Source: Phoronis australis (Eukaryota > Animalia > Phoronida). From it: DNA of 64,000 bases. Below the pieces are notes generated by a model that was not told the origin of the DNA, did not search any database, and saw only the letters and a list, made by a program, of their open reading frames with translations. The stretch is from positions 227,196 to 291,195 of the forward strand of contig NMRA01000378.1 in the NCBI GenBank assembly GCA_002633005.1, in the 5' to 3' direction. Shown in pieces: positions 24,759-37,640 of the stretch (positions are counted from its first letter, which is position 1; each line of letters begins with the position of its first letter). The translations under genes were made by a program, and so were the position numbers.

Positions 24759-25060
24759 GCTCTGCGCGTGTGAGCGCAGAGTACTGTTGTTCCTGGGTTT
24801 TCTTCAATTTTATTCTTATTCTTATTCTTATTCTTATTACTCTGCGCGTGTAAGCGCAGAGTACTGTTGTTCCTGTGTTTTCTTCAATTTTATTCTTATT
24901 CTTATTACTCTGCGCGTGTAAGCGCAGAGTACTGTTGTTCCTGGGTTTTCTTCAATTTTATTCTTCTTATTACTCTGCGCGTGTAAGCGCAGAGTACTGT
25001 TGTTCCTGGGTTTTCTTCAATTTTATTCTTAGTCTTATTCTTATTCTTCTTATTCTTCTT
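24759..25060 (+). repeat. Four tandem copies of a hairpin + (ATTCTT)n module (HINE 5' end)
   Basis: actctgcgc-gtgtaa-gcgcagagt hairpin at 24759, 24839, 24907 and 24972, each followed by the same ~30 nt and a variable attctt run. Confidence 0.85.
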
Positions 25061-25410
25061 CCGACCAACTTTGAGGCTTAATAACTCCAAATTGGGTGCA
25101 GGTACGGTCTTTAAATTCAGCATATGACTTTTGACAGTATATAAATTTTGATTGGTTATATAACCATTTTCCATATTGCACCGGAAGAGGTCGTTTGGTG
25201 CAAAGGTCATATAATTTTAAATATGCTACTCCTCCTTCAGTGTAAGATACTTCACGTTTGTTTGCTCCGGGTGGCTCATGGTCACGTGTATATTCATGAC
25301 TGAATGGACTGAATGTAATTTGCATATGACCTGGCCCTCTTTTCAGTATAAGTGTTGTGCGCTGACTCGATTTACTCACATTGTGGCAGTGCATATTTGG
25401 CGTCAGTGAG

Positions 25411-25451
25411 NNNNNNNNNNNNNNNNNNNNNNNNNNNNNNNNNNNNNNNNN
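25411..25451. other. Assembly gap
   Basis: Run of N. Confidence 1.
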
Positions 25452-26269
25452 GAGAGCCAGGGAGCGGCAGTATTGAGGTATTTTTCATGGTGTTTTCGTA
25501 TTTGGTATTTCCGAATTTGCATTTTGTCTGTATCTGTGAGGTTTGCTATGCTTTTTGTTTTTTATTTTTAGAACTGAAACAGAGAAGAACTGTGAAAATG
25601 TCAATGAGAAATGTTTCACGTCTCTCAATAAAGCTCTTTAAAAAGATGTAATTCCTCTTGACTTGCCAAGCACTCATAATTAACACATACCACGACTCTA
25701 GATACAATTTAGTCAGCAAAACGTGAACAAATCGATGAAAATCTGTCGCGTTTGCTCGAGTTTCTCTCAGTTACCGGGTGCCATTTTGAGGAAGTTACGT
25801 GAAATTACGCGTGTTAACGAATAAAAAGTCTAAGAGACACACATCTTACAAGTTTCACCCGATACCTTCTCATGCTATTTTACAAGTGTCACGCGCTAGC
25901 GTCACGCGCTTCTCGCGCTAACCTTTGCCTAACTCACGTGATTCATGCAGTTGACATGCTTTATGGTTATCGCGCACGCGGTGATAAAATCAACGGCAAC
26001 CAAAAAAGTGATGTAATTCTTCGCCAAAGTCAACTTAATTCTCACAACTAAGCTTAAGATATGTATAGAAGTAGAAAGGACCAATGATCGATGAAAGTAA
26101 GCGTTTTTTAAATGATAGTTTTAAGTGTAGAATGTATTTTTGACGAGGTGAAAACTCGAAATCGGTAATCCAAATCCGGTCACGACCCGTTTAAAATACA
26201 CTGAAGTAACGAAATGAGTACAGAAAGCGAATGGAAGTATTGTAGCCCCTATATGGCCAACCCGGCGAG

Positions 26270-26483
26270 GGGCTACGTGTTGCCTACTAGATGGCTCCGC
26301 GTTGGTTTGAATGCCGCTAAATCTCCCCTTACTCCCAGCTCTCCTAATGTTGTCTATCCATTTTTCACGAAGTTCTTGGTTTGCAGGGAACACATAAAAA
26401 CTCGGATTTTTATCTCTCTTGTTGTTTTTGAAGCAGCCAGGAACACAACAAGTGTATCCGCCGTAAGTTTTCTTCGCGCTCAT
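26270..26483 (-). pseudogene. Truncated THAP domain (transposon-derived)
   Basis: MSAKKTYGGYTCCVPGCFKNNKRDKNPSFYVFPANQELREKWIDNIRR, then a frameshift to AFKPTRSHLV; the second Cys/His zinc ligands are missing. Confidence 0.8.
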
Positions 26484-27061
26484 ACCGCGTATTATTCTGG
26501 ATACTATGGCCGCCTTCGGAATCCTGACCACAGCACCCACAATGCACCATTTTAAACTAATTTCAATATGGCGTCATTGCAAATCCGCTATTAGGGCCTA
26601 CAAAACCTTAACACACACATATGTGGTTAGCTTAACAGTAGCAAAGATACCACGGCTTAGTTTGGTAGTATCAAGACACGATTAACTTTAAACAGTTTTA
26701 TAATCAGATGGTTCGTGTCCATGGTAGGCGGGACGTTGTCTGGACATTTTCGGGGGGAGGGGGGCAGACCGTGCCATCGATGTCAAGACTCAGCAACTAA
26801 AGCATCGTCAGGCAAAGTGTTTCTTGATTCTTGGCGGAAGCCTAAATCGTAGAATTACCGGCTGGCGGTCTGGGGACCCATGACCGAAGATGGGCTGGCC
26901 GTCGGCTGAGCGATAAGCGGTTGATGCGCAACCGACAGTCTGCTCGTTATTGTCGTGGGAGAAACGTCGAACATCTCTAAATGCCTTAATCACATATCAG
27001 ATGATGCGCAGCCTATATCCCGTCAACTGAATTATGTCAATCTGTACAGTATAGCCTTTAG

Positions 27062-27462
27062 TGCCCGGTTGCATGAAACAGCCCCAAAGTTCCCTAAATC
27101 TTTTGCCCATTTGTGTCGTTCTTTACTCACAGATGTAATATTTTTCATTAATTTTATGTTTATTATGAGCTCTTCTCTGACTAATGACATTTCTAATAAC
27201 ATAACTAAAAACTGAACCCTGAATTCAATGAAAATGAATAGGGGGCTCAGTCCTTAAGTTAATGAGGTTGCATGAAAAAATCCCTATTTATTTTCGATAA
27301 TATTGAGAATTCAACGTCAAGATAACTCTCGGTTTGTATAAAAACCGAAAGTTGAGTTAGTAATGAAACTAAAACAGCATAAGAAAGACAATCGGTGTTT
27401 CCACAAATATGCAGAAGATTTAGAAGACTTAGTTGACTCTATTAGGTACTGTTTCATGCAAC
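27062..27462. mobile_element. Harbinger-like MITE remnant
   Basis: Perfect 14-bp inverted repeat gttgcatgaaacag (27068-27081) / ctgtttcatgcaac (27449-27462). Related gttgcata...tatgcaac ends occur at ~10092-10243. Confidence 0.45.
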
Positions 27463-28227
27463 TTGTCATTGGAACCCAACCTCTGTGTTTCAGTAATACA
27501 TATCACGTATTCAGATTGCCACTGACATTTATAAGATCACTAGAACATTCTATACTGTATGCGAATGTTTCATTTGGAAAATTGTAGAGGCGAGTGAGCA
27601 AAGGAAGGTGTAAACCAGTGCAGCGCATCGTATGCTTTTCGTATTTAGGCACTTGCGAATATATCTGAATTAACTACGCAAAGCAATTTTCTACTCAAGT
27701 GTTTCACTATACATGTACGCATGCCTTATGCTTCTCTATAGGTGCAGGTTGACATCTCTTGTGTAGGCGCACGTGTTTTGTATCCTTTTGAATACTTTTA
27801 ATTCGACGAATGGGTCTAAATAATGTTCGCAAACATATGGTAAAATACATGGGACGCATAGGCTTACACGACAAATGCTCAAGATTTGTACAAGGAAACC
27901 AAAAAAGAGAAAAAAACTCTTGCTGACACCACGGTTATTGTCTCAGCTCCACAGCATGGTCCACTAAATATCCGAACTGACTCACGCAATTGTCGACAAT
28001 AAAGTACCGGGGTTAAATTATGCACAGTTGAACAGGCTGACAGAGACATTTTTGAAAATTTGAACAGGTTTGTGTAAAAGAAATTTTGGTGACGAATTCA
28101 GGGAAGATGTCTCATCAAATTTTCATATGAGAACTGAAATCAAAAAAACGATTAGGATGTATTTTATTTGTATCGCAAAAATAAATTTGTAATCACACAA
28201 TCCTCAATTTCTGAATAGAAATTTTAA

Positions 28228-28296
28228 TTTCAAAATTTGACTGAGACTGTTGCATTTAAAAATGGCTGATGCAACAGTCTCAGTCAAATTTTGAAA
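28228..28296. repeat. Perfect 28-bp inverted repeat with a 13-nt loop
   Basis: tttcaaaatttgactgagactgttgcat / atgcaacagtctcagtcaaattttgaaa. Confidence 0.95.
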
Positions 28297-29194
28297 GCAA
28301 ACTGATATATAACATTATAAACAACCTAATCATATAAGCTAATCAAAATGAAACGATTCAGGTTTGTCCTTATCATAACGCACACTGTGTTGCAATAATT
28401 TCGTATTACACTTGCAGCCGCTAAACCTTCGACGTCTTTCGTGCAATATTTCCTCGTCGTCAGACAAATCAGTGTCGAGTGCTGTAGTCTGTAGATAGTG
28501 CGCGCGACAGGTTTGCAACGTCCCAACGCATTTCGGAAATAAATTCAGGTGTTTTTGTATCTAATCAAGAAACATCCAGTTCATTAGGATTGTTCCTAAA
28601 ACTTACGCAATTCACTGGTCATGACACACTTTTCGCAATATTTAGGTTGGCGGAACAACACAGCTGAGGCCCTTCAGAACAAAGCTAACAAATTTGTTAA
28701 CTGAAGTTCACGGACTCTCAGTAGCACTCACAAAACACGACGTGACTCTCCTGGAAAGAAATATGTGGGTGATCCGTCGGTAGAGCTAGGGCCGATTGTT
28801 TAATTTTTCGGTTTCGTGAACTTACGTATAGTATTGTTTACGCATATGTGAACGTTCGTCAAGAAAACACACATATCGGATCCACACCGTTTAAGGTTTA
28901 AAAGTAATGAACCAATTGCGCGTTATTACATGACTATCATTGTGCACACCACTGTGACTTTCAGTTTACAAGGAAAAGATATTGGATAACGAGGTTTTCA
29001 AAGCCGGCCCCAAAAATTGTTTAAAATTTAGGAGAAATATAATTTTATCTGATCATCGGTGTGGAATGAAACTTCAACACCCGTAGTCACAGTCTTGCGC
29101 TATCCTCATGGAACATTTCTTTGTTTAGAACATTACCATTAACTTTATTACTACATACACGTTCTCATACATGTATTTTGACCCTTACACTTGT

Positions 29195-29367
29195 CAGGGG
29201 CGGATCCAGCATTTTTTAGTTAAGTGAGGGTCAGGGCAGAGTATTAGCCAGGATTTTTAGGTCAGGCATTCGTGCACTCAAACTACCAAATGTAACCTAG
29301 GAGAATTTTTGAGAGGAGTGGGCTTGGCCCCCTTTCCCCGTCCCCCTCCCCCTTAAATCCACCACTG
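29195..29367 (-). mobile_element. MITE family 1, copy 3, perfect 5-bp TSD cttgt
   Basis: caggggcgga...tccaccactg; cttgt at 29190-29194 and 29368-29372. Confidence 0.85.
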
Positions 29368-31248
29368 CTTGTTTCCTCGGAATAATGCGTTTGTCTAAAG
29401 GAAATTATTGTGTTCAAATGTTTGGCACGTGAGCTTTAACTTCACTTATCGGTGCAGGTGAGGCACCTATTTTTTCTTAAACGACATGTTTTGATTTGTC
29501 GGTTTTATCAATTGCTAGTGCTTATCGTTTGACCGAAAACAACTGAACATCTGTTTTTCTCGGATGAGCGCAATAACCATCAAGGAGCATGGATCTAACT
29601 TCCCGCCCAGGGGGCAAGCGGTACTAGCGCAGTTGCTATTATTCAGTAATACTTTCAAAAAATCATAATTTGGTTTGCGTCCATATCCCTACAGTCTGGG
29701 AAGGATAGGAGCGAATACCCGTCGTCAAAGCTTGGCTATTTTTAACTTTTCTTAAAGGCACAGTGATTGTTGTTTTAACAACTTGCCGAAGCACATGCTG
29801 CTCCATTGGGAAGGGAAAATGTTAAGAAATGCAATCCAGGACAAATTGAGCATCAATCTTTGCATATAAGCATACCCCCTTATTATTTATTACCGGGCGG
29901 GGGTGGGCTCGCAGGCTCGAACGAACCCTCCCCCCATTTTGCTAAGTGGGCAAAAAGGTCCGCCTTAGGGGAACGAAAACTCTGAAATAGGTAGAAAACG
30001 AGACAAAAGTCCACTAAAAAGGCAGGAACAGCCAAAATTCGACAAATGCACTGTTTACAGCTCTGAACGTACCCCGTGAAAAGGTCCATACTCTCCAAAA
30101 TTTAGACCCGCATTTTTAGGCTGGGTGCGCGCATGATGTCCATGGACGAACACTCAAGATTTTGTTGCGGCATGTTATGGAGTTGCATCAGTAAACACAG
30201 CAATATCTAAATTTGAAGAGAACACCGTGAATAAAAGGCAAAACAATCTAAGTAGATTTTTTTGCCTTGAAGTCAAGATCCACCGCGCCAGAATTTAACT
30301 GATTTCTTAGTTTATCTTATTACCAATCGGGGTATCAACAATGTTTCTAAAAACAAGCTCCACAACTTATACTTCACCACTGCACGCTGATTTGTGGAAT
30401 TTTAAAAAGCGATCAATTTAACAAGAACTGCCTCGGCAACTTTTGGATTGCTATAGAGGGTCGTCTAATTGAAATGAGGTTGAGCATTTTCCGAACAAAC
30501 TGACGAACGAAAAAAACAAGGACATTTTGCTATTCAAGGGTTTCATATATAGACGCATGCCTAATGATTTGCTTATACATAAGGCACTTGTAGACTGCAT
30601 TTGCACATGTATGTGTACTTAACTTATTGCGTAATTTTGTATTTTTGACTACTCATTACTGACGTAAATGTTTGCAGATGCCGTAATACAAGAACAGATA
30701 TCACAGTCCCATTGGCGTACAGGTTATACGCACACAATTTACGTGTAACAACCAATTAAACTTAAAGTGATTCCACGCAACCAAAAACAGGGCACGTTAC
30801 TACAGTTCCGCCATTTTAGCAGTTTCGACAGGTCGTGCATAGTCAAACCTTAAAAGAAAATATCATCAAACGGTAACGAACAAATAATGTAAACATGGAA
30901 TTACACACAATAGATAATGAAAATCATGCTACACACTAGTTACTGTAATGTTTCAGCTTGATAAAAGGATTTATGTTACACCCGTTAGCTTATCACTGAA
31001 TACTTAAATTGCAATAAAGGCAGGTGCCATTTATAGTTCATGCTAATTAATACGAAGGAAAATGTAGAACAAAAACATTTTGCCAGCAACCTAACACATC
31101 TCTATTGTACATCTATGTGAATATTAAAGAAATACATTAAAGCTCCGCAAAAATCGGCAATATTGAAGAGCCGGAGAAATTATAAGACACATAACTTTTG
31201 TTGCCCACAGAAACTGGTGACCTTGACACCAACCTACATGTATATACN

Positions 31249-31325
31249 CCTATATTAATATAGGGGGCCCCGCTCTCCGGCCTCCCTTCAGCGAGGCCAC
31301 CTATATTAATATAGGGGGCCTCGCT
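31249..31325. repeat. Tandem ~51-bp units containing the palindrome cctatattaatatagg, at a contig edge
   Basis: Two copies of cctatattaatatagggggcc immediately after n 31248. Confidence 0.7.
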
Positions 31326-31401
31326 TTTGAGGTCCAAAATTCAATTTTTTGCCTATGTCATTTTAATAAGAATAAGTCATTTTAAATAATAAGCTGTTTT
31401 T

Positions 31402-31685
31402 GGAATTCCTGTAAATGAACGAATTTGTCGTGTTTGTAAAAGCGGAATTGAAGATGAAGTTCATTTCAATTTTGATTGTGAAAAATATACTCACATTCGA
31501 CCATACTTTATACGGCATTCTGCCCTCTGAAGTGGTCATATTTGAGCTTGTGCATTATTTTATAATTTAGTTATTATTAGGTGACTGAGTAAGCCCATAG
31601 AGGCTGGGGGGTTTGGTGAATGTTCAGTCTTTGATATTGTATTTACTGGCACCCTTATGTCACTATAATAAATATAAAATAATTC
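31402..31685 (+). mobile_element. 5'-truncated LINE 3' end (C-terminal CCHC zinc knuckle + UTR)
   Basis: 31402-31530 translates GIPVNERICRVCKSGIEDEVHFNFDCEKYTHIR; AATAAA and an A-rich tail near 31668. Confidence 0.75.
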
Positions 31686-34554
31686 AACCATGTTTTACCT
31701 GGTGGACAACCGTGACATCAACACCAAGAAGACGTTTCACGACAATTAGTTTGCCATTCTCAGACGCGGTATAAATTGATGTCACCACCACAGGAAAAAA
31801 AAGGGTTCAGGTTTAATAAAACTAAAACGAGAATATTGCTGAATAAGGTTGTGAAAATAAAAAGGGCTTAGAAAATTTGGACAAAATGTAGAAGGAAATT
31901 GACAAATAATAAATCAAAATCAAACCGAAGCAGCTATGATGTATTCCAGACAATTACTTCGAACGTCATCTTTTATTCCTTTCGCTGCTCATGTGACTCC
32001 TCAAATGTCCCACGATAAACAAGGGATGCAGCGGTGTCTTTGTTTTTGTTAGTCCAAATTTCATGTAAATTTACTTAATCTAGGGGCAATAGCTGCTTGA
32101 TTCTATACCTACCAATGACACGCAAACATCAAGGCACTTTTTATTATCTAAATGACGATACACGTACTAGATCCCCTTTTACATGTGTATGAAAGAGTTT
32201 GCGAATTGCACGTTGCGGTGACTTGCCCTTTCCGTATTCGAGCACATGTTTAGGTCAGCGTACACGAACTGCAATAGGTGTGTTCAAAGAAAAAAATGCT
32301 ATAACATTTCACGTGTACATGTACCAGCAATCGAAAACCTGCCTTAAACTCTGAGTGTTTCTGTTTTGCGATTTTCAATTTCAGTAATTTTCATTTAAAA
32401 CTTGATTTGAAAATTGAATACACATCAACGTCTACCAATTTGTAACGGATACGTCAAGTTTCACACACGATTTTTTTTTTTCAGTTTACTCCAGTTCATG
32501 TAGTTTGACTGTTTTAAATCCACCAGACGATGCAATATATAAAAAATTATCTGCGGCTGAGGAAGCGGACGTGTTTCCAACATTTCCCCACAGAGCACCG
32601 ATTTCTAATTTTTGACGCCGAATGTTTAGAATAATCCAACTTATTCAACCAATTTGCTTGCTAGTTGAGTGTTTGGGATATATGTCTTTGGTTTTCCAAT
32701 CAAGCGTTTATTCGATGCAGTTGGGACTATATTGCACCTACGCGGAGTGCAAATCCCAGGCTGCCGTTAAATATATTACATGTACGATTGGATTTATTCT
32801 CAGTCGTAACGTGGCGGAGACAATCTTGAGGAATTATGAGTTTGTCTTAAGCTCTATGAGTATACATGTATGATTTTTTGTCTACTCATTATGGATTTAG
32901 CGTATCTGTGTGTCTTTAGTATGAAAACGTACGTCTATCGGAAAGTTTTGACCAGAACGTTATTCCAAAAGGCATTGTTTGATGGGCTGCGTCGAGAACT
33001 ATGTCCTCGTACCCGAAATACGATGGTAATGCGAGGGGTGAACCAAACTTGTTTGATGGCGTCCTAACTAAAATGTTTACGTAATTTTTCTTTCTGTGAT
33101 CAAGATTCGCCATACCACACACTGTGACTTGCAGTCTTGTCACTTTTATCTTGACAACCGTAGCCTCAACAAAACTTTTTATACGCAATTTCACAACTTG
33201 TAGTACTTGTTAATTGTCAAACAATTTTGATTTCTACACAGAAGATCAGATTCGACACTATTACCAAAATTGTGAAAGGAACAAACATTTCAACGAAATC
33301 TTTGGATAATCAAATAATCTGATTTATTATACTCAAAAAGAAACGAGTGGAATTTATCCTCATGATCATATCACACCTTTTGTGTGGTGGTATTTTGTGT
33401 TTCACTAGCAGTTGTAACACAAGCAACTTTATTCGCGTAATATCTTCTCATCGGCCATATGGTCGTACAGTGCTGTGCTTTGTGGCTACTTTAGTGCAAG
33501 GTTTGCACAGAATGTATTTGCGGCAATATTACAGTTTTAGAAACAAATCCTTCAGTTTCTAATCAAGCACACGTTCGATACTATTTACGATTATCGCTAC
33601 CATAACGATTTGCGTTGAGACGACTCCTCAAAAAGCTTCCCAATCTAATCACTGAAGAGTAAAGGAACCATACTCATTGATATTTCGGTCAATAATTTTG
33701 TCACCGGGATAAGGTCTACATGTTCTTCTACGTCACATACAATACATGTTTGGGGCGAGAATAGTGGTAGGTTTGTCGTCGGATATCTGTCTATTTCATA
33801 CAATACATTGTGGCAGCAAACTTCACTTTTTCATTTCGCTAAATTCGCACATAACTTTCCATGTTTTCTATGTGATGCAGGGGTGCCCTTATATTTTGTT
33901 TTCTATGAATTGTCCATTTTTTCTAGCCTGCCAAACACACAGCTTAGCGACTTCGTTATCTTTTGATTACACATGTAGGTGCCCTTTTCAAATCCATGTC
34001 CTAAGCCATGTTTTTAAGATTTAATGGCTGTTGTTTTACGTTAAGTTTGAAAATGGATTGCTCTGCGCATAACCGTGATCGTGCCCCCGAGATAGACCAT
34101 CCATTATCAAAGGAATGCATTCTAAAAGGCCACACAGTTTCACAATCACTGTGCTGTAGCTAACACAAGTTATTGTTGGCGTATTTTGAACGGTGCACTA
34201 TTGTAAGTGTGGAATACGCCCCAGAATGCCTGAAATCTTGGTGTTAGCAGACAAGTGTTTTGCTAGCGATTTAAACCACACATAGCGTGTTTTAAGCGAA
34301 TGTCGAGAATTGGCAATCTGTAATCAAAAAGCAAGAGCACAACAGATCTCGTTCTTCTATATATATCCTATCAAAGCTAATGACAGCTATCCGATAAAAT
34401 AATACTTGTAAAATGCATTGAAGTCGTAATGAAAATATTGTTCATTAAATAGTAAAAAACATCATAAGTAGAAACATAGCAGGGATACTTGCACTCTGTA
34501 GTAATAGTTCATTTCCAACATCTCAAATACATTAATAAATTCTCTAACTAAACG

Positions 34555-34643
34555 TATCTTGTAACTGTTGCTCAAAAACCTGAACAATTGGGTCCATATG
34601 TCCTGTTTTTTTTTCGCTGCTCCAATGTTGGCGTCTTCTGATA
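34555..34643 (-). pseudogene. Possible degenerate distal ankyrin exon
   Basis: After cag: YQKTP/HWSSEKKTGHMDPIVQVFEQQLQ needs a frameshift, and the donor-like site reads atacgt rather than gtacgt. Confidence 0.3.
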
Positions 34644-35675
34644 CTGTTCCACATAAGTTGGTGTATTTTGCAATTATGGTGTTTTATAAATGCATATATG
34701 GACCGCTATGTTTGACACAGGTTATTTCTCTGTGATAGCGTGGCAACCCACGCACAGTTAGTGAAGACCAATTAAGGCCTGGCAAACATGGGCGAAGTCG
34801 ACAAAATAAGTACGATGAAAAACTGTGCTCGCTTTTCAAGAAACTGATGACATACATTCCCAAGCTTTAAGTCTTTGCAACTAACACATTAAAATGTGAT
34901 ATGAACGAAAATAAAATAACACACGATATGATTGCGCCAAGTCAATCTGGCAATCGAAAACATGGTTCTGTGTTTCCTACAATGGAATTCACCAACAGTC
35001 AGAAACAAATCAGCTTACTCTACACACATCCTGGATTTAGTTTTACAACGTTATGCTTTTATTAGGGTTTAGTTTTTATGCAGACTTCTGGAACAGTGAA
35101 AACGGGACTTGTTCCTTCGAGAGGCTGGACATTGACTAATTCACGCCCTACATTACTCCACCACAGAATAAAAAATCAAATCATGGCAGAAACATGCTAT
35201 AAAGAGTGTATTGAAATTAAGAAATAAACTACGAAATTACAAGACTTTGAGAAGTGATTGTTAAAATATTCATTTTTAAAGCAACCTTGACTAAAATATA
35301 CCTGTAGTGAGGTTCCTAAGTGCACACCTGATTCCATACATGTACACAGACCTGATTAAAAACCTGCCTCTTTTCCAAATGAGGTGAAAAAATAAAAATG
35401 TGTGCCTGTGTTCGGCGCCTTAAGGCGTGGTTGGTTTGTTTTTAGTTTGTGCTCCAAACGTACGCTCAGACGACCGGCTTTTGTTTGCCTGTGTATTCTG
35501 GGAAGGTACAGTACTTGCAGTGAAGAAGTGACACTTTGTATAACTCCACGTAAAGAAGTTGCTCATTTTTGATCAGATATTTATTATGAGTGACCAATTC
35601 CTCGAACTCAATATTCATTTAAAACACATTTATTGCAGCATTAACTAAACTCGGACTACAACACTCTTGATTTAC

Positions 35676-35777
35676 CTTGTTTACGGCAGCCACGTCGCAG
35701 CTGCCTTCATTAACTAGCAGCTCCACGACCGCTGCCCGTCCCATCTGCGATGACAGATGTAAGGGTGTGTCTCCATT
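35676..35777 (-). CDS. Ankyrin gene exon D (102 nt, phase 0-0)
   Basis: ttgctgtag|NGDTPLHLSSQMGRAAVVELLVNEGSCDVAAVNK|gtaaat. Confidence 0.9.
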
Positions 35778-36309
35778 CTACAGCAAGTGAACAAAAATGA
35801 TAGAATGCCGGTAACTATTGAACATAGCAAAGTGGGTGCGTCAAGAGGGCGTCACGTTTCAAGTTTTTCCACTTCAGAACTTCGCCATCAGTTGCATACT
35901 TACTGTATAAAGCGGTAACTCAACAGAGCACAACTACACCTGACATTTAAACTCAGACATCAATGAGCAAGATTTCATGAATGCTGATCTGTTGTAGTCA
36001 CGCGATTGAAAAGATGATTTTAAACATAACAATTTGCCGTTATTTATTACAACAGAGCCACAATCATTTAGTGAGTGCTATGGAAATGTAAGTAAAGAAC
36101 CAATGCTCATTGTACAACTCCAGGTGAAGTGAAAACTGTTTCTAATAACATAATGTCGCGAGCACGTCACGTCACGTGCGCGTCACTACACGTGCCGTGA
36201 AGTCAACGTTTACAATCAAAATTACAATCTGTGAATATTTAATTAAAACACCCAATAATTCAGCCTTATCACGTATCGTGTGTTCATCAACCTGTGTGTC
36301 AATAATTAC

Positions 36310-36408
36310 CTCATCACAGACGTTCACGTTGGCCCGGTGCTCGATGAGACACTGTACGACGGCTGTATGACCCCGCTGTGCTGCCTGGTGCAGCGGTGTG
36401 AGGCCCCG
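36310..36408 (-). CDS. Ankyrin gene exon A1 (99 nt, phase 0-0)
   Basis: ctttccatag|RGLTPLHQAAQRGHTAVVQCLIEHRANVNVCDE|gtaatt. Confidence 0.92.
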
Positions 36409-36554
36409 CTATGGAAAGCAGAAGACATTTAAATTGACATTGTTTAGAGACCTTACATTACTAAAAATATCAACAAAATTTGTTACTCAATAGTTTTAAT
36501 CATCTCTTATGTAAACAACTAGTTCCACCAAACAACCTGTGTGTCATTAATTAC

Positions 36555-36653
36555 CTGAGTACGGACATCCACTGTAGCGTTGTGTTCCACAAGACACTTC
36601 ACTGTCTGTGTATGACCCTCCTCTGCTGCACAGTGCAGCGGTGTCTCGCCCTC
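36555..36653 (-). CDS. Ankyrin gene exon B1 (99 nt, phase 0-0)
   Basis: attacatag|EGETPLHCAAEEGHTQTVKCLVEHNATVDVRTQ|gtaatt. Confidence 0.92.
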
Positions 36654-37029
36654 CTATGTAATATATAATGGAGATGTGTGAATGGACGATCAAAGTTTAG
36701 AGCAAACTAACATACACGGGGGAACAGTGAACTTGAAAGGTGACATGAATGAAACATTACTGACCCCTCTAAGACGCTAAAATACTTGAAATGATTTCAA
36801 CAAGGAAATGTTAAGTTTTAGAACAAAACAACAGAGCCTGTTCAGTGTTCCTTGTCTCGTTACAGGCCGGTAACACACAGCAAGTAATTGTGCGCTGTAA
36901 AGTGTTGGACAATCAAAATAACGTAGAAAATAAATCTGAAACGAAATGAGGCGATCCAGATCGTCTAAAGGAAACTATTGTTTGACAAAATGTAGAATAT
37001 ATATAGGTAAATAAAACAACAATAATGAA

Positions 37030-37065
37030 TCAACTGAAATGTTCGGATGCAGCTTTGGCAGTTCT
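37030..37065 (-). other. Candidate stop-containing exon C1
   Basis: ctgctttccaacag|RTAKAASEHFS-TGA in phase 0. Confidence 0.35.
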
Positions 37066-37212
37066 CTGTTGGAAAGCAGACGACATTTATTTTGACATTG
37101 TTTAAAGACATAAAATTGTGAAAAATATCAACAAAATTTGTTACTCAATAGTTTTAATCATCTCTTGTGTAAACAACTAGTTCAACCAAACAACCTGTGT
37201 GTCATTAATTAC

Positions 37213-37288
37213 CTGATCACAGACATCCACTGTAGCGTTGTGTTCCACAAGACACTTCACTGTCTGTGTATGACCACCCTCTGCTGCA
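37213..37288 (-). pseudogene. 5'-truncated ankyrin exon B' (no acceptor)
   Basis: AAEGGHTQTVKCLVEHNATVDVCDQ|gtaatt; its first 23 nt are replaced by the intron that follows exon A. Confidence 0.85.
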
Positions 37289-37395
37289 TAGTCAACGTTT
37301 ACAATCAAAATTACAATCTGTGAATATTTAATTAAAACACACAATAATTAGCCTAGTCACGTATTGTGTTCATCAACCTGTGTGTCATTAATTAC

Positions 37396-37494
37396 CTTAT
37401 TACGAACATTCACGTTGGCCCGGTGTTCGATGAGACACTGTACGACGGCTGTATCACCCTCCTGTGCTGCCAGGTGCAGCGGTGTGTGGCCCCG
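37396..37494 (-). CDS. Ankyrin gene exon A2 (99 nt, phase 0-0)
   Basis: ttttccatag|RGHTPLHLAAQEGDTAVVQCLIEHRANVNVRNK|gtaatt. Confidence 0.92.
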
Positions 37495-37640
37495 CTATGG
37501 AAAACAGAAGACATTTAATTTGACATTGTTGAGAGATATTAGATTATGAAAAATATCAACAAAATTTGTTACTCAATAGTTTTAATCACCTCTTATGTAA
37601 ACAACTAGTTCCACCAAACAACCTGTGTGTCATTAATTAC

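Noticed and set aside
24759-25060. CRISPR-like array of palindromic repeats
   Set aside because: The intervening sequences are identical apart from microsatellite length, there are no cas genes, and the context is a eukaryotic HINE.
27900-28790. Coding-like stretches with scattered stops (similar ones at ~33000-33950, 41500-42200, 51700-52050 and 63500-63870)
   Set aside because: Possibly old pseudogenes or transposon ORFs, but I could not recognise any family motif without a search.
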